Shown here: piece after piece, positions 47,058 to 59,693 of the stretch
How positions within the stretch are numbered: position 1 is the stretch's first letter
Layout of the letters: each line of letters begins with the position of its first letter
NCBI GenBank assembly: GCA_964016885.1
Contig: OZ024758.1
Coordinates: 27,466,001 to 27,530,000, forward strand
Length of the DNA stretch: 64,000 bases
Reading direction: 5' to 3'
DNA from: Eledone cirrhosa
Lineage: Eukaryota
Program-made: the position numbers and the translations under genes
Notes under the pieces: generated by a model
Seen by the model: the letters and a program-made list of their open reading frames with translations, nothing else
What the model was told of the DNA's origin: nothing
Database searches by the model: none

Positions 47058-50000
47058 TCTTCTGGTTTTATAATTTCACAAAGTTTTACCAATAGAGAGA
47101 GAGTCGGTTTCTAGCATAGACACAAGACTCTCTCATTGGAATTTACACAACATCAATTAGGTAGATTATGTATGTATGTCTGCATGTGTAAATATGGATG
47201 TTATTGTATATGTGGATGTGTATGTTTTGAGTTGTATCTGTACATGTGTATATGCAGTTATTAGATGCAACATTTTTGGAATGTTTTACATATTTTTACT
47301 GTTCCATTAATGGATTGTACTTGTAATTTCCTAACTAGTTGTGTTCTTTCTGACCCTGTGAAGCCTAGCTTCTCAAGATTTGTATTGAGGCAGTTACTAA
47401 GATATCCCAGTGCCCCAATAATCACAGGCATAAATCTGAAGGTGTAATCAGGGTGGAGTATCTGCAGATTTCTCATCAGTTCTGTATAAATATTCTCCTT
47501 TTCCCTAATCTTTGATATTATATTGGCATCTGCTAGGCAGCTAATTTCCACTACTGTGCATGCTTTCTTCTCCCTGTCCCATATCATAATATCTGGTCTG
47601 TTATGCCTGCATTTTTGGGGGGTTTTTACTGGAACATTCCACCAGTACTCTTTCATATTATGTACATGGATGTCTTCCATATTGTTGTAGCTTTTAATGT
47701 GTTTATTATCGGGGCTATCTTTTTTACGAACTGCATTGTACAGTGTTTTGGTCACTACATCATGCCTCATAGGTAGATAGTACCGCGATGACATCTTTGG
47801 GCAGCTGCTGATGACATGGGTGATATCCTCGATGTTAGTTCTGCAGAGTCTGCACTTGTTATCACATCTGGGTGTTTTGCCTGCATCCCTATCTCTTTTG
47901 TGAATCAGGTATTTCGTGCTAATCTCCTGTTCTTGGATTGCAAAAGCGTATCCTTCAAAGTGGGAGCCAATATAGCGGTTGTTGGTCCAAGATAGACTAC
48001 TTTCCTTATCTATATTACTCTCACTCTGGAGCTTCCTGGCAACATATCCATGCATGATTTTTTTGCTGATAGGCATGCAGTTTTTCATCCATGGATTCAC
48101 TGCGATACTGCTGAGCGACATCCCTGGGTGTGAGTTTTTGATTATCACACAGGTAATATCTCTCAAGGAGTTCCTTCCCAACTCTCATGAACTTATCTGT
48201 TTCATGCAGAGAGACTTGCTCGAGAAGCGGGCTCCTACGCTTCGAGGTTCGTAGATGTTGTCGGAGAGATATGATGCGACATTCAAATGTTGTCTGGACT
48301 GATGTTAGGCCTCTGCCTCCCTGCTTACGTTTCAAGTAAAGGTGGTCTATGTCACTGTTGATGTGGAAGTTTCCGGTGTTGTTCAGTATTTTTCGAGTTC
48401 CAACATCAACTGTTCGGATTTCGTCTATCGTCCAATTGAGTATTCCAAACGTTGGTGTTAGGACAGGCACAGCAAACACATTGTGAGCCACTGTTTTGTT
48501 TTGCGCAGAGAGTTCCGATGACCAGATCTTTCTTAATCGGGTGTAGTATTCCCTGGTTACGCGTTCTTTATTACAGATACCATTATAGGATATCTTCTCA
48601 TCTATCCCCAGGTATCTGTAGCAGTCCTCATCAGATATCGGTTGAAACAGTTAGACCATTGATGACAATGTTGCTAGATTGGGTTGTTGTTTTTCCCCGC
48701 TTTACAGTCATGTATGAGCATTTATCTTGGCCAAACTCCATTCCTATATCCTTTGAGAACGTTGTAACCAGGTCAAGATTTTTCTTCATCCTATCCATGT
48801 TCTTGGCATAGAGTTTCAGATCGTCCACAAAGAAGTTATGGGTTAGGTTCGTATTTCTGTCCTCCTGTGAGCCAATGATGTATCCCTCACATTTCTTGAG
48901 CAGAAAGGACGAGGGGTTTAATGACAAGATGAACAATATCACAGAGAGACTGTCCCCCTGAAATATACCCCTGCAATATTTTATTTTATCAGTGAAAATA
49001 GTCCTCCCTCTCTGTCTTGTAGCCCAAGAAGAAGACAGCCTCTCTATGGCTCTGACAATAATGTCTGGGACTTTAGCAAGTTGGAGGCCTCTATCATCCA
49101 AGAGTGGGGAACAGAATCGAAAGCTTTCTTGTAGTCCAGCCAGACTGTAGTCATATTCCTCCTAAGTTGTCGCACCTCCGACATCGCAGTTTGGTTGATT
49201 AGGAGTTGTTCAGCACATCTCCAAACCCTTTTCTTTCCAGCTGCTTGTTCATCTGTGATGATGTTATTATTTTCACAGTGATCTTGGAGGAATAGGTTGA
49301 GGCAGGCTGTATACATCAGGTTCTGGCATGCAATGGGTCGGTAGTTTTTTGCCAAGTGGGTGTCTTTGTTCTTGAGGACCAGTAACGTTTGTGCTAATGT
49401 CAACCATTCTGATATAAGTGTATCTCCCTTAAGAACTTGGTAGAGGTCAGTAAGATACCTCCGATAGAATATTAGTTTTTTGTACCAGTAGCCGACAATC
49501 ATGTCTCTTCCTGGTGTTTTCTTATCTTGGAGTTTTCCTATCACAGTCTCAAGGGTACCCTCGCTTATTTCGTATGTTTTTGTTGTAGTGTAGGAGCAAT
49601 AGTTCTTTCGGATTTCTCTTAGCCACACTGCATCTTGGTTGAAATTCTTCATTTCACCCCATATTTTTCTCCAAAAGGAATCTATGTCTTTCTGGGATGG
49701 GGCCTCAGTGACACTTATTATTTTGCCCTTCATATCTCTATAGACTGATGTTTGGTTTCGTCTGAATCTTTTATTAAGCATTTTTCTCTCATCTACCTTC
49801 TTCAGGTATCGGCGTTTTTCGCTAACAGCTCTCAATTCTTGTTTGAGGGTGATCAGCTTATATTGGAGAGTTCTGGTTCTACTGTTACCAAACATCGTCT
49901 CTATTTTATTTTTCACTCTTTGTTGGTGAGGAGTGAGGTTTTTTGTGTTTATTTGCATGTAAGGAGCATTATCACAAGTCCTATGTTTTTTCGTAGATCA

Positions 50001-50830
50001 GCACTCTTTTTTTCTATTTTAGTTATATATGATGGTATTTGTGGTGGTGTTTTGTTCTTGTTAATATATCTGCTATCATCAAGATAATGCTTCACTGTCA
50101 TTGCTAAGGCATATAAACAGGCGTTGATTTGCCAAAATGTTGGGGTTTTTATCCGTCGTAAATATTCATCCCCTATTTCGTCAATAACACATAGTATTTC
50201 ATTATTTGGTTTTTTATTCACCATTGTCATTTTAACACGTTCAACCAGAGAGATATTTATACATGAGTTAATTTCTCTCTGGAAGATTTCGTTGAGGGAA
50301 ATTTTCAATTGTTTATACTTTTGATTATCATTATCGATAGTATTTTCCACAACAGTCGAGGTAGACTCGGATGGTATACGTGGTGTCACATTTATTCGAT
50401 TATTATTATTATTTCTTCAATTGTTATTATTATCGATATTATTATTATCGATAGTGTTTTCCCCAGCATTCGAGGTAGACTTAGATGGTACAGGCATAGT
50501 TGTTTCAAGGCGCTGTTCGACCTGGCTGCTAGGAAGTCTAGTAGCATGGCGATCTGTAGCACGTGTTGTTGATTCCATGTTTGTTGTGGGGGACTTACAA
50601 TTAATAATATTTATCTTATATTTTACGTTCAACAAACGTCGCTTGTTGGCGTAATTGTTTCGCTGTGAAATAATTTAGCTCTGGGTGCATTTCGTCCCAG
50701 TGTAGCTTCATTCTATTCATATAGCCAATGGAGGGATTGTTTTTTGCCATTTTATAACAAGAAATCTCCAACAAATAACCGAAACTAGCCCTTCGCGTCG
50801 GCTGCGGCGGAATATTTATCGATTTTCTTC
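47058..50830 (-). mobile_element. Non-LTR retrotransposon with RT and restriction-like endonuclease (R4/Dong clade), frameshifted
   Basis: Consecutive minus-strand ORF pieces: NYRPIAC, WLDYKKAFDSVPH, GIFQGDSLS, FFVDDLKLY, LYLKRKQGGRGL, a CRLC..EDITHVISSC zinc knuckle, RHD, and RPDI..D..EISC..K (PD-D/ExK). A hairpin-containing 3' UTR extends to about 47060. Confidence 0.93.
47261..50790 (-). pseudogene. Disrupted single ORF of the R4/Dong-like LINE
   Basis: Split over track ORFs 49949-50389, 49044-49958, 48631-49101, 48021-48491 and 47261-48181 by frameshifts and stops. Confidence 0.88.
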
Positions 50831-50943
50831 ATAGAAGCATTATTCTTATAGCCTGGTCTTTTCGATTTTTTATATAGTTAATTATGCTAATTGGGAGAGG
50901 AAATGGTATATATTTTATCTGATGATTCTATAGACATGTTTTA

Positions 50944-51006
<63 letters not shown>

Positions 51007-51007
<1 letters not shown>

Positions 51008-51206
51008 CGAAGGAAATGTGGTAAGGAACCAGATGGACCATAACGCACCAAAGTACTCAATACTTAGGGTAGTAGAGTGGGTAATAAGAACGAGTAGGAC
51101 CCCGACGGCTGAGCTCAAGCCGTTTCGGCGGCTAATTCTGGACTGAATTAGCCGCAGAATTAGCCGCCGAAACGGCTTGAGCTCAGCCGTCGGGGTCCTA
51201 CTCGTT

Positions 51207-51208
<2 letters not shown>
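51007..51208. mobile_element. pLTR-like fold-back palindrome with hammerhead 3' halves
   Basis: Perfect arms 51088-51140 and 51155-51207. Reads GAA-ACGGCTTGAGCTCAGCCGT-C-GGGGTCC. One-sided tail with GTACTCAATAC. Pure (TA)n on both sides. Confidence 0.75.
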
Positions 51209-51279
<71 letters not shown>

Positions 51280-51431
51280 AATAGGTTTTCGCTTCAAGCA
51301 TAGCTTTATACAATATGTATAAATATTTCGTATCTCCAAAGAAATACGGTTTTAGGAAGCCGTAGCTATGCAAACACCGGGGGGGGGGGCTAACGCCCTC
51401 TGGTGATGTCCAGCAGAAGCAAGGGGGACAA

Positions 51432-51473
51432 CCTTCTATGCATTTCAGGCTTAACTGGCCTTCGTCAAGACGG
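51432..51473 (-). ncRNA. Minimal hammerhead ribozyme motif, UUGACGA core variant
   Basis: Minus strand: CCGTC-TTGACGA-AGGC cagttaa GCCT-GAA-ATGCAT-A-GAAGG, in a (TA)n-flanked island at about 51273-51518. Confidence 0.7.
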
Positions 51474-51515
51474 TCCCTCCCACCGCTTGCGACTGCTGGA
51501 CTAGAAGACAGGGGA

Positions 51516-51606
<91 letters not shown>

Positions 51607-52020
51607 ACTGGGTATTGAAAATATGTCTATGAAATTTGGATACCAAAATATTTTACATTGATAGAAATGTTAATCGATATCCTCGTCTATTTTGGTTTAA
51701 CTCCAAAATAATAAGATTAAGATTATTGGAAAGCATCATGTCCGACACACACAATCGATTTTACCAACATACACTATCACAACCAATATATCAGACTGAT
51801 TGAAAACAACAATCAAACTGGTTGGTTGACAGTCAAACTTACATTCACACACCTTTCTAAACCGAAACACAATACAATCATCATCGTGGATATCACAAAT
51901 ATTGATAACGATAAACGAAACAGATTTTGAACACAACCCCAGACCTGCCAACCAGGAGCGAAGGGTCCGTGCATGCAACGCATGCAGTGCATGCGTTATA
52001 GAATCTTGAGTTGATCAATT

Positions 52021-52189
52021 GCGTCGGTTGAAGCAAGCATAATTTTGGCTGCTTACTAAATCGTAGACACATAAAAAGATAACACACACACATACACACA
52101 CACACACACATATACACACAAACACACGACAGCGTCGGTTGAAGCAAGCATAATTTTGGCTGCTAACTAAATCGTAGACACATAAAAAG

Positions 52190-52284
<95 letters not shown>

Positions 52285-52415
52285 ACAAACACACGACAGC
52301 GTCGGTTGTAGCAAGCATAATTTTGGCTACTTACTAAATCGTAGACACATAAAAAGATAACACACACACATACACACACACATATACACACAAACACATA
52401 CACACACACACACTA
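52021..52415. repeat. Three copies of a 62-bp core separated by (CA)n
   Basis: GCGTCGGTTG(A/T)AGCAAGCATAATTTTGGCT...AAAAAGATAAC at about 52021, 52132 and 52299. Confidence 0.9.
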
Positions 52416-52547
52416 GATAACACTACATGCGGCTTTGACCGGGAGGGTAATTTAGAGGGAATTGGTGGGGGGGGGTGAGGCTGCACAGCCCCACTTTCCG
52501 CCATGGCGATTGGACTGCATGCCCCGTTTCCAGGTAACCCTTCGCCA

Positions 52548-53292
52548 CGGCTGCCAACCCCTAAAAACCCAAACGGGGAGTATCATTTTTAAAAAGTGCC
52601 CCCAAAACGGGGAGATTTTACATAATGAAAGTTATACCCATTATTTTCACGGCAGTATTGGTAGAGGGTCGGACACCATGCTTTGACGCATAGAGTTACG
52701 GCCCTTGCTATTCTGAGTTCAAATCCCGCCGAGGTTGACTTTGTCTTTCATCCTTACGGGGTCGATAAAATAAAGTACCAGTAATGCACTGGGATAATTG
52801 CTGGCCTTGTGCCTAAAGTAGAAACAATTATGTGTGAATTGGCAGTATCGGTAGAGGGTCGGACACCATGCTTTGACGCATAGAGTTACGGCCCTTGCTA
52901 TTCTGAGTTCAAATCCCGCCGAGGTTGACTTTGCCTTTCATCCTTACGGGGTCGATAAAATAAAGTACCAGTAATGCACTGGGATAATTGCTGGCCTTGT
53001 GCCTAAAGTAGAAACAATTATGTGTGAATTGGCAGTATCGGTAGAGGGTCGGACACCATGCTTTGACGCATAGAGTTACGACCCTTGCCATTCCGAGTTC
53101 AAATCCCGCCGAGGTTGACTTTGCCTTTCATCCTTACGGGGTCGATAAAATAAAGTACCAGTAATGTACTGGATAATTGCTGGCCTTGTTCCTAACGTAG
53201 AAACAATTATTTTCACAAGAGAAGACATCTCTAACGCACCCTAAAGTAGGTGGGAGTTCTCCCTGTTGGACGGGGAGAGAGTTGACAGATCT
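52548..53292. mobile_element. MITE-like element containing a head-to-tail SINE trimer (52651-53209, 190-bp period)
   Basis: GGCAGTAT at 52651, 52841 and 53031. TSD ATTATTTTCAC. The flanks match the element at 23.2-23.5 kb. Confidence 0.85.
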
Positions 53293-53574
53293 GCAACCCA
53301 ATCACAGTAAAATCATCGAAACGACGAAACTTATAAGTAACAGTCGCCAGACATGCAGATACGATGAAAATGTATGTTCTATTCGATCATACAGACGAAA
53401 GGAAGTGTGCTTTTCTTCCTTTATCATTGCGCTTAACCGAAAGTTGCAGACTCAATTAATAATTATTACTATATATATAAGTATATATGTTTATATGTAT
53501 AAATATACGTATGCACATATACACACTATATATATATATATATATATTTATACGGATGTGTGTGTGTCTATAAG

Positions 53575-53610
<36 letters not shown>

Positions 53611-53614
53611 AACG

Positions 53615-53645
<31 letters not shown>

Positions 53646-53678
53646 GTGTGTGTGTATATATGTGTGTGTGTATATATA

Positions 53679-53713
<35 letters not shown>

Positions 53714-53722
53714 TTATAAACG

Positions 53723-53755
<33 letters not shown>

Positions 53756-53834
53756 GTGTGTGTGTATATATGTGTGTGTGTGTATATATATGTGTGTGTG
53801 TATATATGTGTGTGTGTATATATATATATGTGTG

Positions 53835-53867
<33 letters not shown>

Positions 53868-53900
53868 ATATATATATGTGTGTGTGTGTATATATATATA

Positions 53901-53933
<33 letters not shown>

Positions 53934-53970
53934 GTGTATATATATGTGTGTGTGTGTATGTATATATATA

Positions 53971-54074
<104 letters not shown>

Positions 54075-54151
54075 TGTGTGCATATAGATATACATATTTA
54101 TGTGTCTGTGTGTGTATGTATATATGTGTGTGTGGGGATGCTTGTGTGTGA

Positions 54152-54189
<38 letters not shown>

Positions 54190-55409
54190 TACGAAAAAAA
54201 ATTTTTTTTATTTGCCTTCACTCAAGCAATAATGTTAAAAATCAATCTTGAAAAGAGAAACATTATACTAATTCTTTAAAGTCTCCAGGTATTTCATGAA
54301 ATGATATCTCTTCTGCCTCGCTACTTTACTTCTCACTTAATTTTACGGTTCTCCGCACGCTTTGTGAACTGTAGCGTATATTTGAAATGGAGAAGGTGTC
54401 TAGAAAGAAAAGAAGGGCTGTAGTGATGAAAAATAGGGTTGAAAACGTGAGTAGCAGAGAGAAACATATTATTTCTAAATAAAAAAAAAAAGCTAGGGAG
54501 TGATTAAAGAGATGAGCAGAAGTTTGGAGAGCAAAAAGGACTAATAACTTAAAAGCACAAATCTAAGTGCTACCGAAAATATGTTAGCGGGTGGGCAATA
54601 TATTTCGTTTAAATGGTGGCTGGGAGAACAGAGCTATTAAAAATGTTTTTCTCAACATTTTCATTTTTATATCATTATAAATTAAGAGAGATAATTCACA
54701 GTAAAAGAATCGTAGGAAATTGTAGCGGCAATAGCGGTGTTATCTATAATGAAACGAAAAAGAAAATTAAATTAGTCATTTATTGAAATTTTCCTGTGAT
54801 TTATTCTCTAACTTTCCTTGTGACGTTTCTTTTGAGTCTTTTTTTTTTTTTTACTATGATTTTTCTTTTACACTATGTCGGGTTGTGCTTTGTTTTCTCG
54901 ATATTTTTGACATCTTTTCCCGTGAGCTTTATTTATATTACAAGAATTTTTTTCAAAACGCTGACGCGTATGTGTATATATGTGTGTGCTTGTGTGTATG
55001 TGCATATGCATACATTTATATGTATGCGTATATAAATATAAACGAGCAAACGCAGACACACTTACAGAAATACACACTCACACACACACATACATTTACA
55101 CAAACACGCACATACACATATACTGACGTACAGCGTTGCTAATGGAACGCCAGTCGTGGTTTTACTATAGTTTTTTCACCATCCCCTTCTTTCCTTTTAC
55201 ACACACATACATTCACGCAGACAGCAGACGTAATGAGAGAGGAGTAGTAAGAGGTAATCAAACTACTCCTCTCTCTCTTTATATGTTGTGACAGAATCGC
55301 AGTAATTTATATATAGGTTACTTTTCTTTTAACTTTTTTAATGTGACTGTTTTTTCCTGCGACCTTTTTAGTTATGGTGTTTTTTCTTTATTGTAACGTA
55401 TTTTTTCCT

Positions 55410-56626
55410 GATGTTTTAACTGTAACATTGTTTGATGTTTTAACTGTAACACTGTTTGATGTTTTAACTGTAACACTGTTTGATGTTTTAACTGTAACAT
55501 TGTTTGATGTTTTAACTGTAACACTGTTTGATGTTTTAACTGTAACATTGTTTGATGTTTTAACTGTAACACTGTTTGATGTTTTAACTGTAACATTGAT
55601 GTTTTAACTGTAACATTGTTTGACGTTTTAACTGTAACACTGTTTGACGTTTTAACTGTAACACTGTTTGACGTTTTAACTGTAACACTGTTTGACGTTT
55701 TAACTGTAACATTGTTTGACGTTTTAACTGTAACATTGTTTGATGTTTTAACTGTAACATTGTTTGATGTTTTAACTGTAACATTGATGTTTTAACTGTA
55801 ACATTGTTTGATGTTTTAACTGTAACACTGTTTGATGTTTTAACTGTAACATTGACGTTTTAACTGTAACATTGTTTTATGTTTTAACTGTAACACTGTT
55901 TGATGTTTTAACTGTAACATTGATGTTTTAACTGTAACATTGTTTGATGTTTTAACTGTAACATTGTTTGACGTTTTAACTGTAACATTGTTTGACGTTT
56001 TAACTGTAACATTGTTTGACGTTTTAACTGTAACACTGTTTGATGTTTTAACTGTAACACTGTTTGATGTTTTAACTAACATTGTTTGACGTTTTAACTG
56101 TAACACTGTTTGACGTTTTAACTGTAACACAGTTTGATGTTTTAACTGTAACATTGTTTGACGTTTTAACTGTAACATTGTTTGACGTTTTAACTGTAAC
56201 ACTGTTTGACGTTTTAACTGTAACACTGTTTGATGTTTTAACTGTAACATTGTTTGACGTTTGAACTGTAACAGTTTGACGTTTTAACTGTAACACTGTT
56301 TGATGTTTTAACTGTAACATTGTTTGACGTTTTAACTGTAACATTGTTTGACGTTTTAACTGTAACACTGTTTGACGTTTTAACTGTAACACTGTTTGAT
56401 GTTTTAACTGTAACATTGTTTGACGTTTGAACTGTAACAGTTTGACGTTTTAACTGTAACACTGTTTGATGTTTTAACTGTAACATTGTTTGACGTTTTA
56501 ACTGTAACATTGTTTGACGTTTTAACTGTAACACTGTTTGACGTTTTAACTGTAACACTGTTTGATGTTTTAACTGTAACATTGTTTGACGTTTTAACTG
56601 TAACATTGTTTGATGTTTTAACTGTC
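55410..56626. repeat. 24-bp minisatellite TGTTTGAYGTTTTAACTGTAACAY
   Basis: About 50 copies with a higher-order duplicated block near 56.1-56.6 kb. Confidence 0.97.
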
Positions 56627-57216
56627 AGTTTGTTTCCGTGACGCTTTTTTTCTGTAACTTTGCTTCTGACGTTTTTACTGTGACCTCGGCATGGTTTTAC
56701 TACAAAACATAAAATGGCGGCGTAACTAAATACTCTAAGGCGCTCCGGTGTTTCTACCATCTGTTGTCTTCGGTATCAAAAATATCACTGATTAAATTAC
56801 TAACAACAAACTGTAGTAGCAAGTATATACATGCAAGTGTGTGTATATAGGGAGGAAGTGAGTAAGTGTAGGCGTAGATGTGCCTATCTCCGATTTATGT
56901 CGACGAAGAATATAAACATCGGTGACAAAACCGAAATACCAAAGTCCCTAGAGATATTTGTGTTGCATCGAGTAAAACTCTCCTTATCGTTCTCTCTTTC
57001 AAAAATACAATCAACAAATACTTGGCCTGCGGGAAATCTGTAAGCAACGACGCTATTATACACAAACTATGGAATAAAAATAAATGGATAAATAAAATAA
57101 GTATTAATACGACAAACAATCATCTTAAACACTGTCAATAAGAACAATATTAACAAATGAAACTTAATAGAAAGACATTATCATCTTCATCATTTGACTC
57201 TCTTAGAAACCATTAA

Positions 57217-57755
57217 GGGCGGTGCATTGGCAGTATCGGTAGAGGGTCGAACGCCATGCTTTGCAGCAAAGAGTTACGGCCCTTTATGATCTGAGTTCAA
57301 ATCCCGACGAGGTTAACTTTGCCTTTCATCCTTACGGGGTCGATAAAATAAAGTACCAGTGATGCACTGGGATAATTGCTGGCCTTGTGCCAAAAGTAGA
57401 AACAATTATTTAAATAATTGTTTCCACTTTAGGCACAAGGCCAGCAATTACCTCAGTGCATTACTGGTACTTTTATTTTATCGACCCCGTAAGGATGAAA
57501 GGCAAAGTCAACCTCGGCGGGATTTGAACTCAGATCGTAAAGGGACGTAACTATGCTGGAAAGCATGGCGTCCGACCCTCTACTGATACTGCCAAAGGCC
57601 AGCAATTTGAAGAGGAGAAGTCGACTAGTTGACCCCAGTACTGGACTGGTTCTTTATTTCATCGACGCAAAGCTAACCTCAGCGGGATTTTAAACTCTGA
57701 ATCTAAAGAGCCGTAACAATATGCCTCAAAGCATGTTGTCCGACGCTCTACCGAT
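57217..57755. mobile_element. SINE cluster: plus copy 57217-57408 tail-to-tail with minus copy 57415-57594, then an older minus copy
   Basis: The tails meet at GAAACAATTATTTAAATAATTGTTTC. Confidence 0.9.
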
Positions 57756-58507
57756 ATGAATAGATGAAGGCTAACATAGTTATATAAGCAGCAATGGGGG
57801 AGCATCATATGGTTATTTAACTTGCTAGAAATATCAGTGGAATCTCTCTCAAATTACAGGCTACATTATTTAAAAGGGAAGGATATATTGGATATATCTC
57901 CTCCTCCTCCTCCTTCTTCCCGTTTGACCTGATCGTAATTCTTTTCTTTCGCACGCTTGGTCAGGCTGGTTCGCCTTTTTTCTCTCTCTCGTCTACGATT
58001 TCACAGAACTTATGTTCACCGAATTCACAGACTAGACCCCTTCTTCCTCCCGTTAGACCTGTGCGAAATTCCTTCCTTGCTCACATTCCAACCAGGTTTG
58101 ATGGTCTTTATTCTCTCTCGTTCACGATTTCACCGGAAATTCATGGAAATTTGGGACTTGACTCGTTCTTCCTCACTTTTCGTTGCTTCACCATCTTTGT
58201 TTGTTTACACTCTCGCTGTCCCCTTTATTTACGTGTCCCAACGACTTTTTTTAGCCGTTGCTCGCACCAACCGGAGGTATATGGTCTTTAAAGCGAAGAA
58301 ATACATGTGCTGGTTGGAAGATCACTGATGAAGGACCACTTTATTCGTATATATATATATATATTAAAGTGTTAAACAATATTCAATGATTATGTCAAAG
58401 AATGAGTTTTACAGTAGATTGGAAGCACTCTACGAAAAATAATTTTCCGGAGTTATTAATATTAAAATATAAATATTAATAAAATAGATGTTCTTTTGAT
58501 CAATTAC

Positions 58508-58560
58508 ATTTTATTATACATATTTCGGATGTACAACAGTACGTCCTCATCAGACAAAAT
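58508..58560 (-). ncRNA. Minimal type I hammerhead ribozyme motif
   Basis: Exact reverse complement of 58690-58742. Confidence 0.82.
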
Positions 58561-58689
58561 ATAATGATATATGACATACTCTGAGATGTTAAATGGTTAA
58601 GATTTAATCAAGGTAATCAAGATTAAATCAAGGTAATCAAGATTAAATCTTAACCATTTAACATCTCAGGGTATGTCATATATCATTAT

Positions 58690-58742
58690 ATTTTGTCTGA
58701 TGAGGACGTACTGTTGTACATCCGAAATATGTATAATAAAAT
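58690..58742 (+). ncRNA. Minimal type I hammerhead ribozyme motif
   Basis: ATTTTGT-CTGATGA-GGACGTAC tgtt GTACATCC-GAA-ATATGTAT-A-ATAAAAT, overlapping AATAAA. Confidence 0.82.
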
Positions 58743-58782
58743 GTAATTGATCAAAAGAACATCTATTTTATTAATATTTATA

Positions 58783-58852
<70 letters not shown>

Positions 58853-58859
<7 letters not shown>

Positions 58860-59224
58860 GAATAAACAAGAGAGATAAACACTTAATATAAACATACATG
58901 TGTCCGAATCGTAAGGACTAGGTTTGCTAGGGTGAAAAAATACTAACTACAGCAATATGGTTTGTCAGACTTAATTTAAAGTAGTTGCCCGATATAGGTT
59001 TATTATTTTTCTTAATTTACTACTTTAAATTAAGTCTGACAAACCATATTGCTGTAGTTAGTATTTTTTCACCCTAGCAAACCTAGTCCTTACGATTCGA
59101 ACACATGTATGTTTATATTAGTGTTCATCTCTCTTGTTTATTCAATTATATTACACGGCTCAGAAAAGCTTTTTTTCTTCGAGCTATTTATTTGTAAGAG
59201 ACTACTTTGAGTTTCTCACTCAGT
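58853..59224. repeat. About 132-bp inverted repeat with one-sided tail
   Basis: Arms 58853-58985 and 59019-59150, tail to 59224, (TA)n flanks. I found no intact hammerhead. Confidence 0.88.
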
Positions 59225-59514
59225 ATATATATATATATATATAGAAATATATAGGGACAATTAAATCTCTCCCAAGGTAACTCTTTCTCGTGTTGTTATT
59301 TTTATTTTTATCCTTTACGCTCTTTGCTTCATTCCTCTACACGTTACAGTCTTATACACGCCACGCATCTCAACGTACACCCACTTACATCTCTTTCTCC
59401 ACCACCGGATCTTGTTACCCGGAGATTTACCCATCTGCATTGTCGAGGCTTCCAAACGACTTAAAGAAATTTACCTTATTATTCCACAATGCTTCAAGCA
59501 AACTTCAATACTCT

Positions 59515-59560
<46 letters not shown>

Positions 59561-59635
59561 ATGTTCGGCCGCCCTCATGTCTCTGCTTTTCAGCCCCATG
59601 GATTTTGTCTATTATATTCCTTTGTTATATTTCGA

Positions 59636-59693
59636 ATACCTGATGATGTCACCGGATTCATACTAAACCCGGTCAGTGAAATGATCATAGTAT
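59636..59693 (+). ncRNA. Type I hammerhead ribozyme motif (base of stem II degenerate)
   Basis: ATAC-CTGATGA-tgtcACCGG..CCGGTcagt-GAA-ATGATCAT-A-GTAT, followed by AATAAA. Confidence 0.72.

Larger units (their letters stand above)
58362..58791. mobile_element. Inverted pLTR pair with two complete hammerheads
   Basis: Arms 58459-58609 and 58641-58791 differ at about 1 nt. One-sided tail at 58362-58458. (TA)n on both sides. Confidence 0.85.

Noticed and set aside
59030-59115. CTGACAA...GAACACATGTA as a hammerhead in the 58.9-kb inverted repeat
   Set aside because: The core boxes are mutated and there is no stem I pairing.
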